Positions 49,801 through 63,317 of a stretch of 64,000 nt of DNA are shown piece after piece; positions within the stretch are counted from its first letter, which is position 1; every line of letters begins with the position of its first letter. The DNA comes from Iphione sp. A-MEVVRFRX5 (Eukaryota), in NCBI GenBank assembly GCA_976226885.1, contig OZ320321.1:64728001-64792000 (forward strand). Direction: 5' to 3'. The translations under genes and the position numbers were made by a program. The notes beneath the pieces were generated by a model that was given only the letters and a program-made list of their open reading frames with translations, searched no databases and was not told where the DNA came from.

Positions 49801-50924
49801 AGAGGTTGTATAGCAGATATTCACCAAGATAATCGGCAGGTTCCTATGTCACTCTTACAGTTAATAAGTATCCTCATTACCACGATGCTTTCACCGAATT
49901 TGATGCACTGCAAGTTTCAAGTTGTGTTGTCGTTCCTCTGCTACTCTTTTATTTGCTAAGTGTTTCTTTCACCTCAATATTCTCACTGGCTTTGATGCCT
50001 TACAAGTGGGGTTGGCTCCAGTGCTTATAGACCAATAGCTGAATTATGTCATTAAGATGCAAAAACACATTGACATTTGCCCACGGGTCTTTCGTGAGTC
50101 AGCAGTAATTTCATGACAAAGCTCTATAAGTTTGTCACTTCCTTTTAAATTAAGCTAGAAAGACTGCACATCTTCCTCCTTAGGTCCTTAGCTTTCAATT
50201 GATATGTATTTATAATGATGATATTGGTGGGGTTTCACTGTATGACAGGTATAATTATGATCTTGGACATGTACTATTGTATGTCATGGTTGTAATGATG
50301 ATCTTTGGCAGATATTGCTAATTACAAAAGGGTATTTTGGGAGCTGAGAAGGCAAACTCCTTTTTCCACTGGTCTCATAAGAGAGTTTTCTAATTAGATA
50401 TAATGTACATATCTGTTATGGCATCTGAATATATAGATATATACATATACGAGCGGGTGACTTTAACGCATGGCCGCCATCTTGAATTCTATTTGTCTCT
50501 TTGTGGGAAAACTGCGTAATAATATTGTGTACAGTACTTTCATACCACTCTAGTCAGCTAGGACTATCACTCCTACCACACTGTGGACCTCTCGGGGGGG
50601 GAGGGAGGGAACGCCAGATGCTCGGATCGCCCCCAATGCCTTCAATGGTCTCTCTCTACAGTAAAACTGCAGTATAGTCATATCTACATAACCGACCACC
50701 ACATAACCGACATGTACTCACTTACCGACTGATGTCTGAGGAACAATATGCTTCGAATACCGGCTATTGACCTATACCCATGACTGACGTTGGCCGCACG
50801 ACTGACAAAATTTCCTGGAAAAGAAAATGTCGGTTATGGAGCGACTACTGTATTCGGCCGAGCCTACTGGGCTCACCTGTCAATGCAGGCCGATAACCAG
50901 GTAAATGTTTTGGAAGAATTAGAC

Positions 50925-50958
50925 GATACCCCCCAATGCCCCCTTGGCTATGGGCCTG
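50925..50958. mobile_element. Solo right end of the 5-bp-TSD MITE family
   Basis: gatacccccc...cccttggctatgggcctg. A solo left end caggcccgtaggcagg is at 42959. Confidence 0.7.
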
Positions 50959-51702
50959 CAATAGGCACAGAGTTTACCAGAACCAAGATTCCCGTCTGTA
51001 GTTTATAAGCTCCCCACTGCTGGGGACATCACCTGTATTGGGGACACTTTCACTTTAAACCAGGGGTGTCCGGTTAAGCGGAGTTTCACAGAATGTATCA
51101 CATAACGTCCCCGCCGAATCGACCCATTCGTGAGGTAAAGATTGGAATATGTGCAATTTACCCGCACCTATTACCATGCTGAACATGTTTTGTCTGAACG
51201 TGTTGCATTTCCTATGGTTATTTATTAAAGTTTCTATGTTTCTTAATGCCAAAACGGATGTTGGTTTCTGTTTTCTATTGCTGGCCTACATAGAGTGACA
51301 ATGGGAATTAATGGATCGGCTGAAATTAATACTGGTTATATCACCGAAGTAAACTTTCAATTAAAACGTGCTTCCTGTAACATTATAGACGGCAATTAAA
51401 AGAACATTCTGGAGTTTGTTCGTCTCTCGGTAAGAAGTATCGTTTTTGAGATTCACTTTCCAACACACTTGGTTAAGTTGCAGGGGCATTAACCTTTCCG
51501 GGAGTGAAACTTTCATTCGTTTCCTTTTCCTTTAGGCTATCTGGTATAGCGTATGATTCATTAGCAATGTACAAGAAGAAGTGAGAATCTTATTGTTCGA
51601 GGAAATCAGAATAACTTTGTCTAATAAAGCATTGATAATTCCCAGGAGTGAAGGTGTCCGGTGATAGATTTTTAAAAGCCTCTGTTAATGAAGTTTCTGA
51701 TC

Positions 51703-51959
51703 AGGCCCATATCTGTGTTTCCGGTCACCTGACCGGAAATAAATTTTAGACTTTTAAATTGTGACTTTTTATGTATTTGTATTGTTTGTGTATGTCTACA
51801 GAATGAATAATTTTAGAGATTTATCCTATACATCAGTGTTTTCTTTACATCATTGACTTTCATATGCTACTCATTCCCATGAAAAAGGTAAAATAAACCG
51901 ATCTACCTATATTTTTTGCCATGTTACCAGAAGCACAGGCATGCTATTTTTTAAAACCT
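51703..51959. mobile_element. Diverged AGGCC-ended MITE
   Basis: aggcccatatctgtgtttccggtcacc ... gttaccagaagcacag...tattttttaaaacct resembles the ends of 28340-28859. Confidence 0.55.
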
Positions 51960-53229
51960 AATGAAGTGTTCTCCTGGAAATACATGTACCCTACAAGTTG
52001 CCGAAGTAAACTACAATTGGGTGATCTGGATCCCTTATAATTGTGTTGGTAAAGGAATTTGGTCATATTGCGCTTGGTTGGTCGCAGGGGATTATGTGCA
52101 GGTCCCTTACAGAGGCCCATGATAACTGGTAAAGGAGCAGGACGTTCAGTATGGAGAGAGTAGATGGTAGAGGTGCATGAAGCAGATACCCAACTATATG
52201 TGCTCCCTTCGTCGTGGGAAACTTCCTCATGAAGACACCGTTCCCTCCATCATTTTGTTATAGTTTTTATTTGACATTTTTACATGAATCATTAGACCAC
52301 TAAACTTAAGCGTCTGCCAATATTATTGTGGTCCAGTTGTTTTACTAGTTGCTGAAAATGCCAAGGGAAGGTGATAATAGATACTGGAGCAAGGTTTACT
52401 TAGAGGGGGAAATACCACTTGAAGGACACTCACAAGTAGTAAACAAATATCAGACAACAGGACAGGCCATTAACAGGTGGTACTGATAAAAACAATTGAC
52501 AAGAGGTTACAGATAAGAAGAGGACAACAGAAAGGTATGAAAGGATAAGCGTTTAAGGAGAAGGATAACTAGTAACATCTAAGGCCTAAGTAAGGCCTAA
52601 CTTGTAAGGCCTTACGCAATCTGTCCTGCCACTAACTCAAACGGCCATGATTGTTTTCTCCATATGGGTCATTTTATAAAATTGTTTTGCCAATATCCTG
52701 GGAATGTCGAACGTTAGAGGCTAATATTATACACCATTTTCTTTCTTATATCTTTGGCTGTTGTATGATTTTAATTTCATAAAGATCCAAGCAGCAGACG
52801 TGATAGTTTCAGGCTTTGAAGATACTGTCTAGCATTTTAAGGTTCAGTGAACAATTTATGAAAACAACAAAAATAACCAAGCCTACGCCCAACTACATAT
52901 ATTTTTCTATATTAACTGTATATTTTCTCAGCCTGTTACTGGAACCATAAGTTTTTAATTGTAAACAGTACTTGCCAGAAAGAACATTGAGGAATGGTCT
53001 TGTGAGATACTGGGCAACTGAATAAATGCATAGGATGTTGACATTAAAGACGTTTTGCGGGGAAGGTCGCCTTGATTGAAAACCATCTGATTAAATATAG
53101 AAACTTTGATAATAAAACCATCGTTTTTTTTGCCACCTCATCATCACATGTTTGAATTTCATCGTAAACGGGCAGGACTCTTCTGAAGGCACTCTCTTTC
53201 CTTTCCTGAACTGTCCGTTAACGTATGAA

Positions 53230-54385
53230 CATCCTTTATACAAATGACTTAATTATTCAAGCACGATCATTATACAATCATCTTTATTTTATATCCATCA
53301 TTATATGATATCCTCTTCTACAAATATCCTTTTTAAATACAGATATCCTTTATGCACAGATGCTCTCATTATAGGAACATCCTCTTTATTCAAGTAGCCT
53401 CATTATGTACCCACATGATATCAAATTCCTCAATGAATTAGTATCCTTTTCATACAAACAACTTTATCATATAGACATCCTCATTGTACATACTCCATCA
53501 TCAGCCAAATACCCTTATCATGCAAATGCACTCACTTTACAAACATCCTCATTTATTCATTACCTCATTATACCAACCCAATTATAGAAATATTATCTTT
53601 CCACAAACATCGTCACTATACAAAGATTGTAGTAATACAAACATCCTCACTATACAAGGACCTCCATTATATAAATATCCTCAGTAAAAATAACATTATT
53701 ATACAAACCCCTTTTTTATCCAAACATCTTTGTCAGAGAAATATAAGCTTTCAACAGGCATCTTTATTTTACAAACACTTATATTATACAAACATAATCT
53801 TTATATAACCATCCTTTTAAACAAAATCCTTTTAAACAAAACCTTTGATACACATATCCTCATGTTACTGTAGCAGTTTTGTCTGAATCTGCATAATGGG
53901 CTTTCATTGGTTGGAATCCTAGACTGGGCTTGATCTGAGTCAAAGAGCGAGAAGTTGGGTTTTGATGCAATATCTGCAGATCCTCTGAGCCTATGCTTAA
54001 AAGGTAGTTAAGAGGTGTAAATTGCTGTTTCTAATGTTGTAGACACTTATGTAACCATGTCTAAAATAAGAACTGGACTTGTTTATAAGGACACAATTTC
54101 TCCTGATAAAACCGACATTCTGTCACTGCACTCGGAGTGAGTGAGGCTTTGCATTCATTCTGTGTGGACAGTTTTTTATTTGCAAGCGAATATTCACCTG
54201 AGACCAGGGACATTAATTACATGCATACTAATTATACAAATATCCTCACTATTCAAACACATTTATTAGAAGAGCTACACTTATTGTACCAACACCTTCA
54301 TCATAAAAATACCCACATTACACAAACATCTTTATTAGACAAAACCATCATAATAAAAATAATATCACAAATATTCTACACTTCC
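53230..54385. repeat. Degenerate ~20-bp AC-rich minisatellite (acaaacatcctcattata), interrupted at ~53865-54220
   Basis: Recurrent tacaaacatcct/ttat motif on both sides of a compositionally different insert. Confidence 0.7.
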
Positions 54386-56710
54386 CTGTGAGCACATGTG
54401 GGTAGGATAATTGCACAAAGCTGTGCAAGCAAGAGTCAGCTTACGAAGGAGAGAGGGTTCTTTCATGTATCAAGGATGGATAACCATGATGAGGCTTCAG
54501 GGCAATGAACCAATCATGAAAATGCAGGAGAATGTTAGGATAAAGTCATATTGATATGAACACTGTAAGAATAATGTCATATTGTCATTACACTAGTGTT
54601 ACACATTCTGCTAGCTAGCCTGAATGAAGTATCTGAGCAGAGTATCATGTTACGTTACCATTTGATCAGAAAATTCTCAAGTACAGTTACAGTAGATACT
54701 GTATTTTATTGACAATGTTCAGGGACCTTGCTTCTCCAACAGGAACGCAGCTTAAAAGCTCCATGTACGTATACCTTCTAAATTGTAAGGTACTCGGATA
54801 ATAAAAATGTACTTCTGATATGTCGACCTCACTACTGATGAGATATATGTGATATTTTGCATGAATGACAGATGCCTCCCACCAGATACATATTCGTGCT
54901 GTTCTCATAAATACAAATATGTATTTATGAGAACAGTGCTGTTTTCTTATATAGATATGTATATGACAGCAGCACTGGCTCTGGTTTCTGTTGATTGCTG
55001 ACAGAAGGGGGAAAATTATTGTCCAACATTGTGTATTTGATTGCATCCACCAGCTGGGAGCACCAATGGTCGTATTCTGTACAGATAGTCTGTTAATGCA
55101 TGGCCCGAGTGTCATAAGAAAATTGAAATAATATTTCTACTTCACACTTCTATACAAAGAATACCTTTTCAACTTAGACGAAGACATGTTTCCCACTCAA
55201 CATTTCCGCTCGTTCCGTTCGCTTTGTTCATGTTGCTTAGTTGCAGGATGCTTTGATGGCAGACTGTATACCGCGAAGAAGAACTTCTACTAATAATAAT
55301 TCCTTAAGGGTATTCATTACGGTACAGAGATCAAACAAAAGGCCACCTCTATATCATACATCAATTGCACTGGAACTCATGGCACGGATGCCATTATAAA
55401 CCTGTGAGACAAACAGTTCTTACAAGGTTTACAATATTTTGTCTGAAAGCTCAGATGCAACCTAACTCAACTTGGGGCAGCTCAACGAGGACGGCAATGT
55501 AGAAATTTACAAATAAAATTGATCAAATTAACTTTGATATCATCACAGAGCAATATTTGTCGGTAACAATGCTAACTACTAGTACACGATATACACGTCT
55601 GATTTAAATCAACCTTAGATAGCAAGGGAATCCTCTGTGTATTAATGCACGACATATGGCTTTGCCATATAGAGGAGGCTTTGTGGAGTTGTGTGGAGCT
55701 AAATTTCAAAACTACTTTTTTAAAGGAAAGCTGACAATATTGTGGGTTATAGTGACCAGTGTTTCCTTGTTTGTGTGGGCTCAGAGTTCTTTATTTCCAG
55801 TAACCGGACCTACCATGCATTAAGTTAATTGTAAGTTTATATTTTTTCCTGTTTTTTTTAATAACCTTCAGATGATTAATGATAGAAACATACTAGCTTT
55901 CATTTGACAAAAGTTTTAAAATCTAACCAGTATAAGTAACTGTTGTAGCTCAAAATGCAAACACCAGGAGTCAGGTTTGAGTCAGCTTTTATTCTTCAGC
56001 GAAAGTCAGTATACAGCAACCATCATCTCAGTAGCAACCGGGATGAGTCCGACTGTTCACCGCGGACCGCCAACCTTATATACCAGAGTGACCGGATTTG
56101 GTCATTTGTCAGATGTCAAACATACAATGGGTCGTTAAGCTTTTACATTCTTGACATCACTAACACCCCGCATCCAGGGTCACGCCTGAGCATTGTTTAT
56201 GCCTTATCTTGTTTGTCACGCCTCTGCGCCGTGTGAAACAAGTACTACAATACTGTGTGAACCAAGGAGACTTTTAATGTTCATGGATTCAATTACCATT
56301 ATCGCTGATACCATGAAGAATTGCGAAGTACGCAAAAGAATACTTCCTGCATGTAACAAACAAAATTTTTGTCCGCATCGTTACCTTACTCCGCAAGCGG
56401 CCTTACTAACAATTCTTATAACTATACACTTTACAGTTGCATTATTTCATTAGCCCTTGATGCACAATCATTATGAACTGTTTTTAATACAATGTTAGAT
56501 CCCTTTATTTTGTTTATTTCGTCAGACAATCGAGATGTTCCAACACATTATCATCATCATATTCGTAACTGTGTTACACTGTACAATACACACCTGCTGC
56601 TTTCAGGATCCTTTAACATTGAAGAAAAGAAAAATAAAAGAAGTGAATTACCACCCAACCTTTTATTTTATCTGCTTGTTACCTGAAACACAGAACTATT
56701 TTTTAGGCCT

Positions 56711-58760
56711 AACTACATCCTGAACAACAATAGCTTTTGCACTTTTGCCAGCATTGGCAGAATTCTGTGCTGCTTCTGCTCTGTTTTTGCTCTCACCAAG
56801 AAATTGCTTAGATTCTGTGGTCTCCTTAGTCCCGTCAGGAAATAATTAGAGTGTAATTTCTTTGTCTGCCTGGCTGTGGATAGAATATCCCATTTGCCGG
56901 CAGCTATCCATTTCAGTGCATTGTAAGTGGGATGATATGTGGTGACCAGAATTGGTCAGTCATCCTTTAAGGGAATTTGATTAGTGGTTGTAGTTATGTT
57001 GTCACTAACCTCTGATTTGCCAGCTTTAAGTAAACTCTCCACTACCAGGTCATGTGGGTAGCCTCTTAGGTAGAGGAGCTTGGCAATGATTAGAGCATGT
57101 CTCACATAGTCTTCTTGTCTCTGGCATATCCAATGAAGTCTCAGGAACTGACCATGTGGTATCCCTCTCTTGCAATGAGGGGGATGTGCGGAGTCATAGT
57201 GCAGATAATTATGCGAGTCTGTCGTTTGCAGTAAAGGTCGCTATATAATTTTCCTGTGTTGTCCTTCCTAATTCTGGTGTCTAGGAAGGTGGTTTCATCA
57301 AAAGAGCTTTCCACGGTGAATTTTATCGTGGGGTGGACTCCATTCAAGTGAGTTATGAAAGTGTTCAATTCTTCCTGGGAGTGTGTCCAAATTGTTAACA
57401 CATCGTCTATGAAGCATAGCCATACTAACGGCTGTTTATGGTAAGTGTACACATGTGTTTCTTCAAAGTCTGCCATGAAAATGTTGGCCAGAGTTGGTGC
57501 GACCCTAGTCCCCATGGCAGTGCCTTTGATTTGTAAATAATGATTCCCGTTGAAATCGAAGTTGTTGTATTCCAACACCATCTTTAATAGGTTTAGGACA
57601 CTGGTGTTGCTGGGTTCACCTCGTCCCACAGTTCTTGAAGGGCGGTAACATTGTAACCACTTGGCTACCACTCGTCTGCCCTCTTTGTGTGGTATGTTGG
57701 TGTATAACGAAGTTACATTCAATGAGACCAGGAAGGCATTACCAACATTCGATGTCGGTAAATTCCTTATCCTCTGTAGGAAGTGGTCGGTGTCTTTCAC
57801 ATATGACCGCATTTGAGGCACAAGGGATTTTAATATCAGGTCAATCAGAGCTGATATTTTCTCTGTGGCACATCCGTTTGCAGACACAATGGGTCTGCTG
57901 GGTGGTGGATACACATTCTTGTGTATCTTCGGTAGCAGGTAAAATTTGGGTGTTCTTGGTTTGTTTGTGACAGTCAATCTGTGCATTTTGCCAGTGAGTT
58001 CACCATTCGATAATAATTTGTTAAGCAGGTGGTTGACTCTGTGGGTGTGTTCAGTGGTTAAATCTGTGTTGACCCTGTGGTAGTAATAGGTGTCTGAGAG
58101 TTGTCTCGTGGCCTCTTTTATATAGTCAGTGGTATTCATTATAACAATGCTGCCACCTTTATCCGCCTTTTTAATGGTTATATCCTTATTCCTGCTCAAA
58201 GCTGTTAAGGCTAGTTTTTCTTCCTGGGTTATATTATAGATCATGTTCTCCCAGATTGGGACTTACGGATCTCTAATTCATTGAGAAAGTTCAAGGTTTC
58301 TAGGCTCCCATTTGCTACTGGGGCCTTCTTTACCCTCTCTGATTTAAAAGGGGCATTTCTGCTCATTGTATTCTCAAGACTGCTAGATTGTGTTTTGTCA
58401 TCTGAAAAGAAATGTTTCCATCTAAGGTGATTATGGAAGTCCTCCATATCACTGTGAGCTAATGACACATCTGCCTCGTTAGGTGTCAGGCAGAAGTTTA
58501 GGCCCTTGTCTAATAGCGATTTCTCTGCTGTAGTTAAAATGTGATTTGAAAGGTTCACCACAGTGTCTTTGGCGGCTATCTCCACACCATCTATCACTGC
58601 CATAACATTTTGTAATTGGGTTTCAGTGTAACCACAATCTAAGCAACCTTCACTGATAGATACATCACTGAGATTATTATTCGCATTAACATTTCTGATA
58701 CCATTTAAGGTTGTAGTCAATGAGTGGGAAAAGGACTGCTTATACAGTTTATACAAAATT
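56711..58760 (-). mobile_element. Penelope-like element RT ORF with few frameshifts, 3'-truncated
   Basis: VVNLSNHILT..EKSLLDKGLNFC, ITIKKADKGGSIVIMNTTDY, PKFYLLPKIHK, RPIVS, GTAMGTRVAPTLANIFM, FIDD, thumb HCKRGIPHGQFLR...RGYP, LVTTYHP, NFLVRAK. Ends at a MITE TIR before any GIY-YIG motif. Confidence 0.95.
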
Positions 58761-59739
58761 TACTCTCAAAATGTGAAACAACATTGGCAATGATGTCATC
58801 ATGTGCAACTCTAGAAGAAACGCAAACATTTAGTGGTATAGCAGGGTCAGAGTCAAAATCAAAATCAAAGTTAACATCAAATTTTTGATGTTAAAAAAAA
58901 GTGTTTGAAATGTTCTTAGAAATCATGAAATCTACTATTAAAGAGAGTGAGAGCGAGACAAAGAAAACCACAAAGAGCCAAAGGAAAAAGGGAGGGAGGA
59001 CAAACATTCTGCCTTTTGCCTTGAACCTGAGACTTTGCCCGCTACACTCTCCCTCCCTACCGGTCAATACGTACAACGCTAGAGAAACATTAAATTATTC
59101 CTACCATAATGCTAGAACAAAGCATCCTTTTTTTGGGTTACGTGAGTCAGATGGAGGAGCAAAGTGCCCTCACCCTTTATAACAGACAGAATATTTCATG
59201 GGACAAATGGTGTCGTTAAAAAAAGTTACTTTGGGCTTTATCCAGAAATACGTTAAATACATTTATAGACCATATATCGATAGAACACATCAGGAAAATT
59301 AATCATTTAATTCCGTGGTTGGTTGCCATGGATCCTCGGTTGGGCTAAAAGTTAAGAATTTACATCGTATTGCAGGTCCTGAAGAATGTAACACAGCTAT
59401 AGGTAAAACAGACCTTGGGAGAGAATCATTGCACATTGTATTGATGAAAGTAGTAAACGGGCCATTCCAACTGGCACCCGTAAACGGGAAAGTGATACAT
59501 AAAGCTTCATAAACTGCATTGTATAAAGTGCTTGATGCCAGTATAAAGTTTAATGGTTTTCTTATTATTCATAAAAAAAAGTTTGGCTACTAACGGAGAC
59601 AAAGGACTAACATGTCTTAATTGTGCATAAGCCTGAGTCAGCAAGAAGTGATGAGGGTAACTTGTAATCCAACGGTGTAAAGTTTACATACCAGTCTAGA
59701 TACTTTATGATCCCATCTATTCCATTCAGAAGGACATAA

Positions 59740-60414
59740 ACAATCTTGGGGGATTCAACCACTGGCTTCATTGCTATGATAGCCTCAAACTGATGCTACA
59801 ACAGTGTTTACATTCCACTGAATAGTATCAGGAATCATGATTGTGAGCAGAGATAAGGCAGTTCTTCATATATACTTGACTGATATTTAGAACCTTAAAA
59901 TGACATATATACCTACAATTGGTGGTTTGAAAGTTTTAGTGATTTCACTGAAAACTACGAGAGGAGTTTTGTTTTCAAAATTCTTGGCAAACATGATCCA
60001 ACCGATTTGTCTTAGTACATGAAAAATGGACCAATCATCGACAGTCAAAGAAACGGGTAATGTGTATGTATTATCTACAGTTTGTGACGTCATTATGAGA
60101 TTGGACCAATCAAATTGCATAAAACTGTGACAATTTCACAATTTGGTGACAATAGTAACCACACTATCTGTTACTTCAACGTTCAGCAATCGCCTCATTG
60201 GGTGAATGAGCCACATATGACATATACAGGTCTACAATAGGTGGTTTGAAAGTTTCAGTGATTTCACTGAAAGCAATGAGAGGAGCTTTGTTTTCAAAAT
60301 TCTTGACAAACTTATGATCCAACCCATTTGTCTTAGGCCAATAACAATCTTGGGGGAATGAGCCACTTGCCTTATTGCATAACAGTCTTAAACTGATGCC
60401 ACAACAGTGTTTAC
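59740..60414. repeat. Interleaved diverged duplications (blocks ~70 and ~105 bp); third partial copy at 63430-63530
   Basis: Block A at 59913-60015 and 60232-60336; block B at 59740-59811 and 60344-60414. Confidence 0.8.
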
Positions 60415-60749
60415 TGTCTAGGAGCTACGACAAGTCATTTTGACATTATTACTGTATCGGTCAATACTAGCAGTGTGTCTGTTGACTGATGTGTGTGCCT
60501 GTATGAGATGCATCCAGTATAGGCACAATACATGGTGGGCCCTACTTATGTGTTCAGTATTTAATGAGAGTTGTGTCCAGTGGTTGATGAGTCCTGTCAG
60601 GTATATGTCTTGTGTAGCTTGTGTCATGTCTCAGTCACATAATCAACTATGCGTTGCTTGCCTGCCTGCCTGCCTGCCTGCCTCCCTCCCTCCCTCCATC
60701 CATCCCTCCCTCCCTTCCTCATCCCTCCCTTGTAGTGTACATAATCGAT

Positions 60750-62600
60750 TTAATGATAATAATAATAATAATAGATTTTTATTCATTCCGACTATAATCC
60801 TAGCGGACGGTTTACATTGTGAGGAATGCATTTACAGGGCAATACATGACCATTAAATTATATTGCCGGGTGATGATATATTTACATATGAAGATTGGGA
60901 AGTATGAGTCATTGTATGCAGATATCGTTTCTGTTCATTCAAAGCATTCAGTATAGTGCTCCAGCTAAGGTATAGAATGCTTGTTTTGTTACTATGTTAA
61001 AGTTAACTGAGTCAGTTATGTTTCTGAAAAGAGGATCAAGTTGATTCCACAGTTGTGCTCCTTTATATATGATGCCCTCCCTAAAGGTTTCTGTCCTTGG
61101 GATAATCTGATATAGCAATGGTCCATCAGCTTCTCTGGTAGTTGTGGCTGGTTTTAACGGTAGTATTCCTATTTTAATTGCTCTGAACATCATTTTGATG
61201 GTAATGTGAGTACGTCTTACATATGTGCTCTCTACTCCAAGCTCCAAATGTAAGTCTCTGTTGTGAATTTCATATGCTCATAGCTTTCTTTTCTTTCCCA
61301 TATTGTAAATGAGTCTTAGAGATCTGTTTTGCATTGCTTGTATTTTGCTCAGTTTCTTTTTAGTACATGATGTTAGATATAGTGTACTGTAGTCTATCAA
61401 TGGTTGTATAGTGGACTTATAGAGCATCAATGCAGTTCCAGATGTGACATTGTTTTTGACTTTATGAATTGGTAGATTTTCATGGATAGCCGTTTCAGTA
61501 GTATGTCCGCCTCTATGTTAAAGCTCAGGTTGTTATCAATAGTTACTCCTAAGTATTTGTAATTGTCCACAGTTTCCAGCACTTCATTGTAGAGTTTCAC
61601 CCTCGGCTCGAAGGTGTCCGAGTTTTGTTTTCCTATTATCATCATTTTGGATTTGTTAGCATTAATTGATAATTTGTGTGAGTTGCACCACTGTTCCAAC
61701 TCATGGCAAGCTCCTGATAGCTTGATAGCTACATCCTCGCAAGATTTAGCTTGAGTGCAGATCACGGTGTCGTCAGCAAATAGAATTACAGGTTCACTGA
61801 TGAACCTTGTAATGCTATTAATATACAGTGAGAACAGTAGTGGTCCCAAAGTAGACCCTTGAGGTACGCCACATTTGATGGTACAACTTGTTGATATGAT
61901 ATTGTTACAGTACACTCGTTGAAGTCTGTTATCCAGGTAATCTCTGAACCAAGCATGAGTTCTTTTTTCAAAGTTAAATTCGTTTTGTAATTCATCAAGT
62001 AGGAGATTGTGGTTTACAGTGTCAAAGGCCTTTTTTAGGTCAATGAAAAGCAGCCCTGATACATTTTTTTTGTTTAATGATGTGTACTGATCGTTGAGCA
62101 GTTTTATTATTGCAGAATGAGTGCTTTGGTGTTGCCTGAATCCGAATTGCGCTGGAGATAGGAGAGAATGCTCCTCCAGGTGGGAATATAGCTGACCATA
62201 AACTAGTTTCTCCAGAATTTTAGCAAAAATAGATAATTGAGATATTGGTCTGTAGTTGGTGGGATCATCTCGTGGGCCGGACTTGTACAGTGGAATTACT
62301 GTTGCAGTCTTCCAGTCTTGAGGTAGTCGATTCAGTTGGATGGACTTGTTAAGCAGATGTTTTAATTGATTGATTGATTGACCTAGGATGATCTTCACAA
62401 TTTTTGTACTTAGTCCAGGGATGTTTGAAGACTTATTTGTCTTTAGGAGTTTTACTACCAATGCGATTTCACTGCTCGTGAAGTCTCGGAGAGAGAATGT
62501 TTCTCGTGGTTGGATGTTCACCTCCTCAGAGGAGTTATATATTGGAGGAACACTGTTCATTATTTCATATCCACAGATACCTCTCAACTGGGTTGACTTG
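60750..62600 (-). mobile_element. 5'-truncated CR1/L2-type LINE with near-intact RT
   Basis: ORF 61427-62695: WKTATVIPLYKSG..DDPTNYRPISQLSIFAKILEK, QFGFR, DLKKAFDTVNH, GVPQGSTLGPLLF, FADDT, YKYLGVTID. Continues after a frameshift to 60948; AATAAA plus (ATT)n tail at about 60785-60751. Confidence 0.95.
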
Positions 62601-63147
62601 ATGGAGTGATGTGACCTGATATGCAGGATGTATATGTACATGCACCCAATAAAACAAGCCCTCTTCAGTCCAGTGTACTGCCGGTGGGTCTGCATTATCT
62701 GTGTGATGGTAGTATGGTAGTATTTGTCCGGTCTTTCATTGACGGACGATGAGTGGGTCTAAGATGAGGATGGTTTTGGGGGTCAGTTCGTCTGACAGCT
62801 TGGGTTGGTTTGTCCCTAGTTGTATTTGTCAGACCTTCCATTTGACTGGCAGACAAACTGACCCCTGTAGTCAGACAAATCAACCCAGACAATTGGAGCG
62901 ACGGACATTTGGACTCCTAACCAATGTGTTGCATCCGAGTCAGACAATGGCCCATCGTCAACTGCTGGAAATTAACAGGCTGAGCTTGCTGTAGATGATC
63001 AGCATGCTGGAGGGAACCTGATCTCATGATATTTTCATAGACGACAGAGAATTGAAAACTTCAATTCATTATAGAAGTAGACAAAATTCCTGATAAAGCA
63101 AGAATTTGGGTAATTCTGAAAGTATCAGCAGATTGTGTTGGAAGCTG

Positions 63148-63317
63148 CAATGTCCACCCTCTAATACGACCACTTTGGGTTCTCACCTCAAATGGTCGTT
63201 ATACAGAGTGGTCTTCTCAGAGAAGCTTATATATGTGCATGTGTGCAAATCTGGAAAACTGGTCGTACTGGGGAGGTTGTCTGATTAGAGCGGTGTTCGT
63301 AGTAAGAGGGGACATTG
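63148..63317. mobile_element. Diverged Tc1/mariner-type MITE
   Basis: TIR caatgtccaccct / aggggacattg|TA, with the internal cgaccac / gtggtc motifs shared by the family. Confidence 0.65.

Noticed and set aside
55985-56010. Hammerhead ribozyme near the PLE (ctgaaga / gaaa)
   Set aside because: The CUGANGA and GAAA motifs fall on opposite strands or lack stem II geometry.
62830-62990. C-type-lectin-like peptide (HWLG...WVDLSDYRGQFVCQ)
   Set aside because: Spacing is off, the conserved Cys is missing, the frame is flanked by stops and there are no splice sites.
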